A DNA stretch of 64,000 nt from Octopus sinensis (lineage: Eukaryota). This document shows, in pieces, positions 1-14,020 of this stretch. Both the position numbers and the translations under genes were made by a program. The stretch is from the NCBI RefSeq assembly GCF_006345805.1, contig NC_042999.1, positions 36,084,001 to 36,148,000 of the forward strand, in the 5' to 3' direction. Positions within the stretch are counted from its first letter, which is position 1. Every line of letters begins with the position of its first letter. The notes beneath the pieces were generated by a model. That model searched no databases, was not told the DNA's origin, and saw only the letters and a list, made by a program, of their open reading frames with translations.

Positions 1-240
1 GTTGTCACTACCAGAACACCTGCCTGGAGAAAAGTGAGAGACACCACTATGGTACCTACTGAAATGTCTTAAAAACATGAGCCAATAAGGGGCCTATATG
101 TAGTTGCTTACTAGACTTACTAGAAATAGCAGCTGAATCTCTCTCAGAACACAAAGGACAATAAAAGATACAATGGTTACTGCTGGAATGCCCTTGATCC
201 GAGGCCTGTTTTATCAAGACTGTCCTTAGGACTAAATAAC

Positions 241-243
<3 letters not shown>

Positions 244-274
<31 letters not shown>
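244..274. repeat. (AG)n microsatellite
   Basis: Direct reading. Confidence 0.95.
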
Positions 275-281
<7 letters not shown>

Positions 282-840
282 ATGACGTGAGAAACAGAGT
301 GAGGCAGAAGCAGGACGGTATCTGCCAACTAAAAATGAGAAAAATTCAGTTCATCTTGGCCTAAAGGAAAGCCAATATACCCAATGTAACACTTTTATGA
401 TGGTAAGAAAAAATATGAGAAGTCCATATAAGTGCAACTGTAGGCCCCTTAAGTTGTGGAAAAGAAATAAATTGTTAATTTGTGATCTGAATGAGAAAAT
501 CTCACTTAATCATCTGAAACTCAGTACCTCCAAGTACTGATGAGGAATATGGAGTAAATCAAGCCATAACAGTGTAATATCACAGCTACATTGGTCTGAA
601 AAGCTTCAGTACAATATAATTGCTATGCCACACATCAATATACCATGAATACACATGATGTAAGCCCGAATAAATGTAAATATGATCATGTAGATGTTAT
701 GTATAAGAGAGAAAGACCATGCATATTTTCAACATTTGCAGCACAATGTCACAAAAGTTTGGATAAGAGGAAAAGCATGATCAATTGTTTCTCCAGTACT
801 TGACTAGTACTTATTTTCTTTGTAATAGTTCCCCAACACA

Positions 841-875
<35 letters not shown>

Positions 876-1234
876 ATGTTTCTATGCATATGTGTGTGTC
901 TGTGTGTGTTGATGACATAAACAAAAATTAAAGTAGTCAGTATTAATCAGAATACATAGTGTAAAGAAAAAGACACAATTTAACTAGTCATGGTGTACTG
1001 CCAGTTTCACAGCATCATATAATAGTTGTTTGCCAGCACAGTCAGCTTCTATTTACAACCAAAAACAAGGTTGGTAACTTCAAAGGTTGCACTCAAATTA
1101 AAATTACATCTCCTGAACTTATCAACCTCATTTTTGCTTGTAAATAAAATATAGTAATGCTGACAAACAACTATTATATGATGCTGTGAAACTGGCTGTA
1201 TACCAAAAGTGATTAAATTATATATGTCTTTTCT

Positions 1235-1275
<41 letters not shown>

Positions 1276-1640
1276 AAAATGAACTTTTACTTATATGATA
1301 TTATTTAAAAGAGTTAATAGACAGGACAAACTCCAGCATATGTAAAGCTGATAAACTATTCTAATCAATATAAAATGGTAATAAAAACAAAATATAGTTT
1401 TCTCTTCTTTTTATTAAAAAAATTGAAAATAGTATTAGAAAGAATTAATCACATAAATACTTAGCAAAATGAACCTACATGTTTAGGGGTGGGGACTTTC
1501 TAAGATAATGGAAACATTTATTAACATTTTTAAAAAAAGCATTTAATATTTCAAATTTTTTTTTACTCTTTTGCACTCCAGATAAATTCTCTGAATAATT
1601 TTAATGATTATAAATTTATATATTTTTTTGGTTTTTTTAA

Positions 1641-1860
1641 ACTCTTCTGATATTAACCCATCTGAGACCGCCCCTGGTTTTATGGTACAAACTTCTGGTT
1701 TCAAAATAATCTAAATTAAAACTATCCAGCAAAGTTTCATGTTAACTTATGTATTAAACAGCAGCTTAATGCCAAAGCTATTTTACTAAATTCTTCCTTA
1801 TTTTCAAAATAAATTGAAATATAGGCAGTGTATTTCAACAGATATATGGTAACAAAAGCA
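1641..1860. mobile_element. piggyBac-like MITE, family 2 (about 220 bp, decayed)
   Basis: TTAA at 1637-1640 and 1861-1864. Internal similarity to the copy at 24050-24267 (tctgagacc.cccct.gtttta; aggcagtgtatttca...gtaacaaaag). Confidence 0.6.
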
Positions 1861-2770
1861 TTAAATGAAAGTGAAACAAACCCATCCTACACCAAAAAAT
1901 TAATACTTTCAAATTAAATTGACTAATTACCACAAAAGAAAACTGAGAGTGAAGAGAAGACTTTTTTTAAAAACTTTTTTTTCAATTCTTTCTATTAAAT
2001 TTTAATTAAACATTTTTTAAAATTAAAACAACTAGCACCTGGCCAATCATTTCAAGTAGAGCACAGAAAGTGAATATATGACAGAGTGTTGATGCAAAGG
2101 AAATTCAAAGAGACACGTAAGCATGCTATCATGGACTAACTGGTATATATATCATCCCTGAGAGTGAACAACTGCACCCAACAACAACAACAACAGGAAG
2201 TATACTGCTAAAATATTTACTTGTAAATAGTCAATATTTCTCATATTTAGAGTTAAACACGACAAAATATGGGCAAAAATGAGTGTGGGTGGAATCAGAG
2301 AAATGAAAGAACAAATGTAAACCAGTTTCTGTTAACATAAACACTCTTTCAGTCTCTCACTCTCTCTCTCTCTCTCTTTACTCACACATACACTGAATGT
2401 GATATGTATATATATGCATGTACACATATACAGATGTATGTATGCATGTACATACACATACACACACGCACACAAACAAACATACACATTTATTTTTTTT
2501 ACTTGTTTCAGTCATCAGACTGTGGCCATGCTGGGGCACTACCTTGCGAAGAATACAGGTCGTACATGCACGGTATTAAACATTAGATTCAAAGCCAGCA
2601 GAAAAATCAAAAGTAGATTTCTACAATTTGCTACAGATTAATCAGGTGTGTGTGTGTGTATATATATATATGTGTGTGTGTTTGTGTCCACACATATTTA
2701 AATGTACTTGTTATAAGCATGTATGTTTTAATAATTATCATTTGTGCATTTCTTTTAACCATTATCATTT

Positions 2771-2799
2771 GTAGTAGTAGTAGTAGTAGTAGTAGTAGT
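2771..2799. repeat. (TAG)n microsatellite
   Basis: Direct reading. Confidence 0.95.
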
Positions 2800-5171
2800 C
2801 CAAGTTTGTCCACCCTCTCACCCTCAACAAACATCATTACCTGAAAACTATTCAGCAATGAATTCATCTCTCTACGACCAAAGTCAACCTGTTTAGTTTT
2901 GAATTTTATGTTTTGTTTTATGTATATTTGTTTTTTTTAAATTTTGTTTTACCCGTTTTTAATACCTTTGCTCCAACAACATTTTTAACTCTAGCATTAG
3001 AGAGTTGAACAAAACAACCAGTCGACTATTTTTGTGCATTTTGTTGATTTTGTTGTTGTTGTTTGTCATTTGTTTCCAAAAGCAAAGAGAAAACAAAGCA
3101 AAGCATTGCTTGTTTCTTGGTTGTTGGCATATTTTCATTCATACAGCCATAAATATATGGATATGTGTGTAGCATTTATTCGTGAAGGAAATACAAACAC
3201 TTTAAACAAAAAATTTAAAAAAAACATGACTAATGATGAGATTTCTTTTGGTAAGGTGTGGTTACAATCAAATGACTCAGCCCTCATTTTATAACTGGTA
3301 TTTGATTTATCTCTGTTTCTCTGGGAGAATAAAAGAAGTTTGATGTAGAATTTTATCAACTTCCTAATCTTAGTGAAGTTTTGAGTTAATAACATATTGA
3401 CATACCATTTATTTTTGAAGGAATAGTTATAAATTTTGTATGAAAAGAAAAACCACAAAATGATGTTTAGAAGCTAGGGGGGGGGGAGAGGGAAATTCAA
3501 TTATTCATACATCAATAGTAAAACATTATTTTCCCCCACCTCCACATTTTTTAAACTTAATTGTGCACTAAGAAAGAACGTTCAGAGAATGTCAAATAAT
3601 ATAGGAATAAGATTAATGTCATTTAAAATGTAAATGCTTAAAAATAAATTCGGTAATCATCAGGTAAAATCTTGTTTAAAGCAAAACTAGAGATAATGAA
3701 ACAGCAACAATGAAGATTAATGAGAAAAGGTGAAATAAAAATTGAATGCAAGAAAATAACAGTAAGAATTTAAAGTTAGCTTCAATAGGTATGTAATAGC
3801 AAAAACTGAGGGTTTACTATCAATGTTATAGTAGTTTACTGTAGCTGACTTAATAAATTATCTGGCTTCAGTGTTGAGCCAAGTATTTCTGATGATAATA
3901 TTTCTTTATGAATTACATATAATTTCCCCATCCAACATGGCTTGAATAGGTCTACAAATCCAAAGGTTTACAAGAATTTTAAAAGCAAGATGAATGCCCT
4001 TAACAGAAGTTAAAATTTGCAAGGTATAACTTGGAAGACTTAAGCCAACCATTTCTAAAAACTTAATGCAAAATATATGATAAAAATTGAACCCAGCCTG
4101 AACACTTACATACAGTGATAACCAAGATGACTCTTGTTTCAAACATAGAACAATAACATGTTACTTTAGCAAGTGTAGATCAACTCAGGACATTATGAAC
4201 CAAATATTCACTAGAAGAATACTGACAGAAAACTGAATTTATCATGTTTGCTGTTACAATTATTATTATTAATTATTATTATTATCATTATTATTAATAG
4301 TATGATAACAGCAATTGTTGCTGTTTTCAATAAAATGTAAGATTTATGTTTTATCTCTAAACTTTAAAATTTAATAAACATTTGCCCAAAGGTTAAAAAT
4401 CAACATTTCATTTTAAACTATAAACAAAATTCTCAAAGGTCACAACAAAACTCTGTGCGAGTCATAAACAATATTTTTCTTCCATAAACAAAACACAGCT
4501 TGGCTGTTAAATAAAATATCAAATAGTAACAAAAGTTGGATTGAAATACAGCTTTCCTTTTGGTCTAACTCAAATATCAACCATTAGAGAAGTACTTCAT
4601 ACTCCAAGCATAGAATAAAGCCAATAAGCTTGTTAAGCTACGGCTTTAAATTTCATCACAATATTTTCTCAATCTGAACAGACTGACTCTCATCTAGGTC
4701 CTAATATCTCTAGAAACTCCAAAGATGTTCTCATCTCAAACCTATCTGGATCATCACAACACACATAGTTATCTCCTTCCTGTTACCACTATTGTATAAC
4801 TTTAAAAAACAGCAATAAACTAGTCTGGAACCCATTTAGTAACATATCCCCCATTATCACAATCTCCCAAAAGCCTGAAATACTTTTGATTACATGAAGC
4901 TAACTTTTCTAGTTATTTATTGTCTTCTCTAGGAAGGACTCAACAAGGCAATAATGGACCTGACTCTACATCTAAGCAATGATGGAACAGGTTCTCTAAC
5001 AGTGGAATGGACCAACACATAACAGCATGTAATGAAACACAGAAACTGCATATGAAATGATGCGTGTGCATCAACACAAATTATGGCATGCAAAAATTAA
5101 TGAATACATGGAAGGGCAAAAATGAACAAACCTGCCAATGGAAACATTATAAACTGTGTGTGGGGGGGGGG

Positions 5172-5262
5172 GGAGAGAGAGAAAGAGAGAGAAAAAGTGA
5201 GAGAGAGAGAAAGAGAGAGAGAGAGAGAAAGAGTGAGAGAGAGAGAAAGAGAGAAAAAGTGA
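5172..5262. repeat. Interrupted GA-rich repeat
   Basis: (GA)n with recurring aaag/aagtg interruptions. Confidence 0.9.
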
Positions 5263-5944
5263 GTGGGAAAGAGGTAGAAGAAAATTCTTTGAAATCGGAT
5301 AAAAAAGAAAAACTTAAAAGGCTCCAGTGTCTTCTTTTTAAACAACTAAGTTTGAATTTTCCGAAAAGAAAAATTAAAACTTTAATTCATTTCTAAATTT
5401 GTTTTCATATTTTCTTCCATAATAATTGGAAATATGAGATACTTGAAATTTTTTTCTAGTTATTGTTCTTAAAAATCAATCTTTCTTTAAATGATAACAA
5501 TTAAAATAAAGTTTTTTTTTTGATAATTAAAACAAACAATGAAGTCATCAACCGATATATTAAGAGAAGAGGTTCGTTATTACTTTATGAAATTAAATAT
5601 CCCACTTACAGCTTAGAAAATTGATTTTTAATATTGGTACACACAGCCAAGAATAGTGGAGGGAGGGTACAATAGAAGTTATTCCAAGTATATTACTGGT
5701 ATTTATTTTATCGACACTGGTAAAAACAAAGCCAATCTCAGTGAGATTTGAACTGAGACTATAAAGAAACAGCACTAAATACCGGAAGCTTTTTAATCCA
5801 TAACTCTATGGTTTGTCCACACCACTTCACTCTTACAGCCTTGAATATTGCAATGATTTCAGCATTGATTGAGTAAAAGAGACTAAGTATAGAATGCAAA
5901 AGGGTAGCTACAGAAAAAACATTTTATTTTACTACATACTACAA

Positions 5945-6133
5945 AATAATCTACCTGTTTTATCTTCAAATTAGCCAGATCTGGCCTCTCACACTTATTC
6001 TACAATATTATTCTGGAAACTAAAAATCACGTCATTGAAATCTCAAAGCTACAAGATAATGCATGACTAATTCATATCAGTGTAAATAAAAACACATTAT
6101 ATTTGACTGAGAAATCTGAATACTAAAGGATTA
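5945..6133. mobile_element. Family-1 MITE, left-truncated copy
   Basis: Shares ctgtttta...gatctggcctctcacac...agataatgcatgactaattc and ends ctaaaggattaa. Confidence 0.7.
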
Positions 6134-8546
6134 AAGACAAGAGATAACACTTCATAGAATGTACTTAAAGCAAAACAGCTTAAATTAGATCCCTTTTCTC
6201 TCACTAAACAATACCATAAAAAATGGGAAGTATATAATTTTAATCTAGACAAAAAATACAACTTGAAAACTCTGCCTTCATAGAATATATGTAAAGCAAA
6301 TCAATTTAAATGAGATATCACCCACACTTTCCCTGTAGAACAATATATAAAAGAAACGGGAGCTAATAAAGCAATTGTCAGTTACACAATGACCCTGAGG
6401 CTGGTAATGAAGTAAGTATTGCATATCGTGGTGTCCTGCATCACATCATAGCAACTATTTATTGAAGAGTGCACTGGGCACTTTGAGAATTCAGTGTTTT
6501 GGTCATAGCTACAGCACTGCTGCAGGTAATGGCAATGGTGTACAAACTGTTGACCTTTGAAAATTTACCAACCTCTGACCCGTTGCTTTTAATAATTATT
6601 AGACACATTCACTAACTTTTACAGAAACTGAAGGAAATAATAAGCAATTGCAAAGATAATTTTTTGTAGTGAAATAACTGAGAGAAAAAATATTTAAGTT
6701 TTAAAACTTGCTCTTAAAATTAAAAAAAAAAAGGTAGATTTTTGAGCTGCTTTCCCTGTTACAGTAACAAATTTCTAATTTTGTTTAGTTATTACGGAAG
6801 GACTTCATGATTTTTTATTATTGAATTCTATGACCTGTCGTAGCATTTCTATTTAGATTATAATAAATAAACTGGTTGGCTTAAAATATGTAGGGGAAGA
6901 TACTGACACACTGAGTTCTTTGTTTTAATTTTTCTGGTTTTGTTCATTTAACTGGCCATATTAGTGCATTGCCTTTGCAATGAAAAGTAAGTTGATCAGA
7001 GCAGGATTTGATCTCAGGAATATAATTAAATACCACAAGGTATTTTGACCAATGCATAATATCCACACGTGTATATCTATCTTGGGTTCAATCTTACTGC
7101 GTGGCACCTTGCACACGTTGGTCAGCTTGTGTTGTGAATGTACCTGGTTACATGAAAACTGTGTGGAAACCTGTTCAATGTATTCTAACTGTACTTCAAA
7201 GGGCCAGCCCTATCTCATAGTATCACTTTGATTCTGCATGAGCATCACACATGTAGAATGTGTCTGTGGAATACTCAGCTACTTACATCATAATTCAATA
7301 GATCTGTTCATTGAAAACAATAACCAGAATATTCAACATTGGAATTAATGTAAGGTCCATTTATTATTACTATTATTATTATTATTATCATCATCATCAT
7401 CATATTCAAGTAGGCAATTTAATTCAAGCTTCATGGTGTAATAAAGAATTATTTCATAATTTTATGAATATCAATCATGTTACTACTAAATTATATTAAT
7501 AAATTAACTTTGAATTATCAGGATACAGGTTACCATAACGTAAAAAGGAATGAAAAACAAAATTAAGCATTTCGAAATATCCATACTTTGTCCAAACCTG
7601 TTTTATCTTAACTCAAATGCCATTTTACAATACACAGTTCACAGCTTTACCTTGTCTATTGGCAATAAGCCAGAGAGAAATAAAAATTATATATTATTAT
7701 ATCACATCAAGGTTTTACTGTTCCTCTATAAACACCATACAATAAAACAATTATTATATCACAAGCCAATGATGGAACGCTCCCATCCCAACAAGCAACC
7801 TGCCAGAATTAGCAGCCAATCTTTTTCTCAAATCATATCCTACAATCTTGAAAATGGAAGGAAATGTCGGATAATGTGATCCAACACACACTATGTCACA
7901 AAAAAAAACAAAAAAACCCAGAAAAGCTCATGTCTGGAATACCTTTGATTTGCTCAATCAGGGTCTACTCTGGACAAAACAACAACAACTATTATATCAC
8001 ACTCAAGTTTTGCTTTTACTTCTTGGCACTAAACAATAAAAACCCCATCCAAGGCCATCTTGGCAGCATCATAAGTCTACTGGCAAATCAATGAACTGGG
8101 CCCTATAGCATTTATTTATTTATAGACAGTAAGCCACAGCACACATAGATCAGAATTGGAATGAGGTCCTGAGACCCATGAGGTCACAGGACAACAGCCG
8201 AGTGTGTCCATGCCTTAAGATAGCCCTGAACCCATCACCTCACAGCCAAGTTTTTCAACTGCACCAGTGAGTGGCAGCAGATGAATGAATGAATAAATGA
8301 ATGAATGAAAACAATCTTCAGTTTTAACAAGAACTTAACAAAACGGAAATGTTAAAGACAATGTTAGCAGTTTGGAACAACAGACTATAATGGTATAACT
8401 GTGACTGCAGAGGAGTGGAACATAGATGGTAGGGGTGGGGATAACAGCAAGAAATCCATGAAAACATATCAAAATATTAAGATTATTACTTAAAACCAAC
8501 CTTTACTGAAGTTATCAATTATAATATAAGAAGGATGGAGATTTAA

Positions 8547-8990
8547 CTCTTTAATATCTAAATCAGTCAGACTAGCTTGAATATTTAACCCTTTAGTATT
8601 TAAACCGGCCATATCCGGCCAAAATATTTAATCTGTTTTATGTTCAAACTGACCAGATCCAGGCTCTCACACCTACCCTACAATGTTATTCTACATTAAG
8701 TAATTACACCATCAAGATCTTGAAGATATGAGATAATGCATGATTAATTCAAATCAATGGGAATCAATAAGCATTATGTTTGATAGAATAATCAGAACAC
8801 TAAAGGGTTAAGCTGTTTTATGTTCAAATATATCATATTTGACTTCTCACACCTACTCTACAATATCATTCTAAAATTAAACAATCACATCATCGAAATC
8901 TCAGAACTACGAGATAATGCATGATTAATTCAAAGCAATGTGAATATATAAAAACATTGCTTTTGACAGAGTTATCTGAATGCCAAATGG
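8547..8990. mobile_element. Older family-1 MITE copy interrupted by the 8589-8807 insertion
   Basis: TTAA at 8543-8546 then ctctttaatatc..., resuming gctgttttatgttc...tgccaaatgg|ttac. Length without the insert is about 221 bp, matching the family. Confidence 0.78.
8589..8807. mobile_element. piggyBac-like MITE, family 1 (well-preserved copy, nested)
   Basis: TTAA|CCCTTTAG ... CTAAAGGG|TTAA, a perfect 8-bp TIR with TTAA on both sides (8585-8588, 8808-8811). Confidence 0.88.
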
Positions 8991-9269
8991 TTACAGAGTA
9001 GAGAAAAGAAGAAAAGGATATAAAAGACAGAAGAGAAAGAATAGAAGTGAAATATACATGAAAGCAAGAGTAAGGAGAGAAAGACAAGATAATAGATAAA
9101 AGATTATAAATAAGAGAAGGGAGAGAAATTAAAAGAAACAGAAGCACTCAGATAATGATAAAATCTTCCAGTTTTGTGATTTGTTTTAATAAAGATAGTA
9201 TTGAATATAAGTTTAAAGTGGTGTAACAGAATAAATGGTCTTCTACAAATAATATTAGAGATAATAATA

Positions 9270-10960
9270 ATGGTGTCTGATTTAGGCACAAGGCTGGCGC
9301 AGTTTCAAGGGGAGTGAGTTGTTTAGTCAATGCCATCAACCCCAGTATCTGACAGACACTTTATTTTATCAACCTTAGAAGAATAAAAGGTAAAGTTGGC
9401 CTCAGCAGGATTTGAACTCATCATCATCATCATTGTTCGACCGTGGTCGAGACAATGGAATTTACCATGCTACGCCAAACTTCACGGTCCATCATGGCAT
9501 TACGGAGGTCTTGTTGCTGGATGCCTGTATCCCTGGAGATTACATCAGGGTAGGAGAGTGTGCGCCCTCTGGTATTGCGAGTAGATGGCTTCCAGAACTC
9601 ATAATGTAAGGAACCAAAAGAAATACCACAAAGCATTTCTTCTGATATTTTAATGATTCTGCTAATCCACTGCCCTCCACTGCTCTCAATAATGATGACA
9701 ATGATTGTTAATATTGGAACAAGACTACATATTTTGAGAGAGAAAGAGAGAGCTATTGATTATGTTCTGAGTTAATAGTCTACCAATGTCAAGTTGGCTG
9801 TCATCTTTCAGTTGTTAGTAAAATAAAGTAGCAGACGATCAGTGAGGTTTGATCTGAATGAAATTATTAATAGATGACAAAGAGATTATATTGACCCTTG
9901 TATCTGACTAGCTGTGCCTTATTTTATCAGCCTATCACCAGAAAGGATGAAATGTAATGTTGAACCTTGTTGAGATATTCAACTCTTCAATGAAAATATA
10001 TAGTTTCTAAGAGAAGCACAAAGTCACACATACTCTGTGAGAGTAGTATAGTCAATTATACTAACCCCAGTACATCGTTGGTGCTTTATTTTATCAATCC
10101 TAGAAGGATGAAAGCAAAGGAAACCTCAGTGAGATCTAAACTCAGGATGTTAAAGGCCATAGCTAAATACTGCATGGGGCATTTTATCCAGCAATTCTGA
10201 CAATCAGCCACTCTGATATAATAAATAATAATCCTTTCTACTATAGGCACAAGACCTGGAATTTGGGGGTAAGGATTAAGTTGATTACATCGACCCCAAC
10301 ACATAACTGATATTTATTTAATCGACCCTGAAAGGATGAAAGGCAAAGTCAACAATAATAATAATTTCTAATTTAGGGACAAGGTCAGTAAAATTGGGGT
10401 AGGTAGCATATCAATACTATCAACAATGGAACTAAACTAGAATGTTATTGACCCCAATCAATTTAGAATAATAATAATAATAATAATAATGATAATAATA
10501 ATCATTTCTATTATAGGCACAAGGCCTGGAATTTGGGGGAGGGGAAGTCACTTACATCAACCACAGGATTCAACTGGTACTTATTTTATCGACCCCCAAA
10601 AGGATGAAAGATAAGTTGACCTCAGCAGAATTTGAACTCAGAACATAAAAACAGACAAAATTCCACTAAGTATTTAGTCCAGTGTGCTAACAATTCAACT
10701 AGTTCACTACCTTAATAACAACAACAACAGCAACAATAATAATTTTTAACAGACAGGAGGCTAGATACTGGAGAGGATGAGGTTAGTTGGTTAAATTAAT
10801 ACCAGAATTTGAATGCTTTTTTTTTTATTATTGACTGATTTATTGATTTTTTTTCATTATTGATTTATTGATTGATCCCCAGAAGATTGAAAGGCAAAGT
10901 GGACCTAAGTAGGATTTGAACTCAGAATATAAAGGACCAGAAAAAAATTACTTAGAAAAA
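9270..10960 (-). mobile_element. Array of about 6-7 full or partial copies of a tRNA-derived SINE with an (ATT)n tail
   Basis: Recurrent ataggcacaaggcctg...catcgacccca...ttattttatcgaccc...aggatgaaaggcaaagtc...atttgaactcagaa, separated by (AAT)n tracts, all in one orientation. Confidence 0.85.
9422..9594 (-). mobile_element. 5'-truncated RTE-clade LINE 3' end, inserted in a SINE
   Basis: Minus strand reads WKPSTRNTRGRTLSYPDVISRDTGIQQQDLRNAMMDREVWRSMVNSIVSTTVEQ* followed by an (ATG)n tail, an RTE ORF C-terminal pattern. Flanked by the direct repeat GAACTCAT (9414-9421, 9595-9602). Confidence 0.85.
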
Positions 10961-13167
10961 TAATAATCGAATTACACTTCATTTTCCTTTTCATCTTGTC
11001 TCTCCAATTCTTCAATTGTTGCAGAGCCAGCAAGATTAACAACACAACAAATTTTAGAATTTCCAAAAGTTTTTGGGAAAATAAATAAATTAATAAATAA
11101 ATAAAATTAAATAACAAAAATTAAATATGTTCTAGAAAATTTGATACTGTCAAAACAAAACTACGTGATATTACTCAAGGAAAATCAGGATCATGCCAAA
11201 TACTTTCTCCATAAGCTTTTCCAAACTATATCACATTGGAAAGAATTCATCACATGAAATGAGAGGCTAAGATTTCAAATTTAGTTTACATCTGTGCATT
11301 CTCTTTAGATTTGTTCTATTTGTCTAGCAACAGAAGAGAATGATAATGCCAATATTATTTAGGAGCTCTATAGTGGCAATGTTGAAAGAAGTCAGCTCTA
11401 TCTAAATCAAGCATAGGTAACCTCTATCAAGAAGTGGGCCAAATGAGACATGGGTCACTGTCAGGTGATCTGCACTACTAAAAAAAATTCAATGTAAGTT
11501 TTCCTTAGGCATGCCATTCAGAAAGTCCCATGGGCTACAGTTTGCTTATGACTGATCTAAACAATGGAGAAGGTTCCTCTAATAAGGGAGATAAGTTATT
11601 GACAGAGAACCTCCTTCATTAAGTACATACATAATGTGTGTACACACACACATACACACATGAAGAAAGAATATGGATCTCTGTTAGTTTCAACCAAGAA
11701 TATTTAATATCTTGTAATTTGACCAACTGAAACTACTTGTTCATTGAGTTAGTGGTACATTCCACAGACAATTGTGTCCGTAATGTAATTCTTAGAATCA
11801 GTGTGACAAAGCCAGACCTTTAAATTACAGGTACAATACAGCCAATGGGCTCCCCCAGTTTTATTTACTAATCTTGGGATGAACTGGGTCTCTAATAAAA
11901 GACACATGCCTGAGATGCCATGCAGTGGGATGGAACCTGAGACCTCGTTATTGCCAAGCAAACTTCTTAACTATTCAACCATGCATGTTGCATGTATTTG
12001 TTCTCTTCATCTACTATGTATGAATGTATGTATGCCTGAGTAACTCCATTGTAATTGCATACACGTATGTATAACAGTTAAAGGACAGATGTACAGAAAT
12101 TGGAAAATTAAGTCTATAGAAAAATTGCCACTAATGAGCATCGTTAATTATTCATTGAAGAAACATAAAAAGAAAAAAAAAATGAGAGGAAGGTGTGGGG
12201 GTTAAAAAAAGAGAGCATACAAGTTTTAAACATTTTTGGTAGATTTTTTTTTTTCCTGATTTGAAATACAACAAAGGTAGAACATGCAATAAATGTAATA
12301 CCTTTTGGGCTAGTTTTTGTTTTGTCGCTTTTTTGTTGTTATTGGTGTTATTTTTTTAAAACTACAAACAGAGGAAAAAATAATAATAAAAACAAAAGTT
12401 TCAGATTTTCATCACTAAATAAAGTTCTGAAATAAACAAAAACAATTCCTGAGAATAGTAGTTTTTGTTTTGTTTTTTTAATTATATCTCTTTTTGTATC
12501 TTTTTTAAAATCTCGACCATGTCAAGTATTTAATTAGAAAATAACAATAAAAGTAAAAATATAAATAAAATAAAACAAGAAACAAAGAAATAATTCCCAT
12601 TTTGGTTTCAGCAAAAAAACAAAAAAAATAAACATCTATAAAGTTAACATTCGAAATAAACCTCTTCTCTCATTTAGAAACAAGTATTATAACTTATGGA
12701 AGTTTTAAATATAATTATATAATTAATACTAAGATGAAATAAACATTAATGACCTCCTCCATTACTAAAATATTCACATCACAAACACAAAAGACATGTT
12801 GAAAGAGATTTTGTTTCTTTTTTCTTTAAAAAAAATAAGATACACAAATCTACTACTTGGCTATTTTACTTATATGCGTTAAAACAATTAAAAGAAACCC
12901 CGTTTTAAATTAAAAGTATTATCGTTATTTTTACTAATTTATTATTATTATTATTATATTTTACTTCTCAGAGCTCTTGGTCTTACAAGCTCCAGTTAAT
13001 TCTATGAGAGCAGACAGCAACCTGTTATCAAAGGTCTCGTTACTGTTGTTGTTGTTGTTATTATTACCATTATCATCATCATGAAATATCTTCCAGGGAT
13101 AATTCCAAATTAATATGAGAATGGTATGGCTCCAGTACTCCTTGCAGCAGAACTATTTATTCAAGGC

Positions 13168-13176
13168 TATATATAT

Positions 13177-13231
<55 letters not shown>

Positions 13232-13315
13232 ATGTATATACATATATATATATATATAATGTATATACATATATATATATATATAATGTATATACATATA
13301 TATATATATATATTT

Positions 13316-13383
<68 letters not shown>

Positions 13384-13395
13384 GTATGTATATAT
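13168..13395. repeat. Compound (TA)n/(CA)n microsatellite with a 27-bp higher-order unit
   Basis: aatgtatatacatatatatatatatat starts at 13231, 13258 and 13285. Confidence 0.93.
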
Positions 13396-13914
13396 GAAAC
13401 TAGTTAGTGTATCACAGTGCTGAGCTGACATCTGGACTGATATTGACTCTCTGACTGACCAATTGACCATTCGTTACACGTAGAGAGGAGTCTCAGTTTG
13501 GCCTTTAGAAAATATTCGGAAAAAAAAAATAATTATCATATCGTTTTTGTACACTATTTACATGGAAGTGGAGAAAAAAAATATATTTGCTAAAATCATG
13601 CAGTACAGCACTGAATAAATAATTGGAGGAGAGTGGAGGTTAAATAACCAATGAATTAATGAATTAAACACAAACGTTTTATATGCATATATGTATATAA
13701 ATATGTGTGTGTGAGTGTGCATATTATATGTGGGTGTAGTGGTGTGTACATATGTATTTCTATATATACATGTATATGTGTATGTACATATACATGCATA
13801 TACGAATAGAGACATATACACACATGTATGTAAGTATATTTGTATAATGCTGGTGACTCACTGTTACTACTCAGAGTTTCGCCCTCAATATGCTATCCCT
13901 TTGGCAACAACATA

Positions 13915-13916
13915 CA

Positions 13917-13978
<62 letters not shown>

Positions 13979-14020
13979 CACACACACATACAAATACTCG
14001 CACACACACATACACACATT
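13915..14020. repeat. Compound (TG)n(TA)n(CA)n microsatellite
   Basis: Direct reading. Confidence 0.93.

Noticed and set aside
2825-2842. Distal alternative terminal exon (ttttcag|GT AAT GAT GTT TGT TGA, phase-1 compatible)
   Set aside because: Weak polypyrimidine tract, only five codons, and expected by chance.
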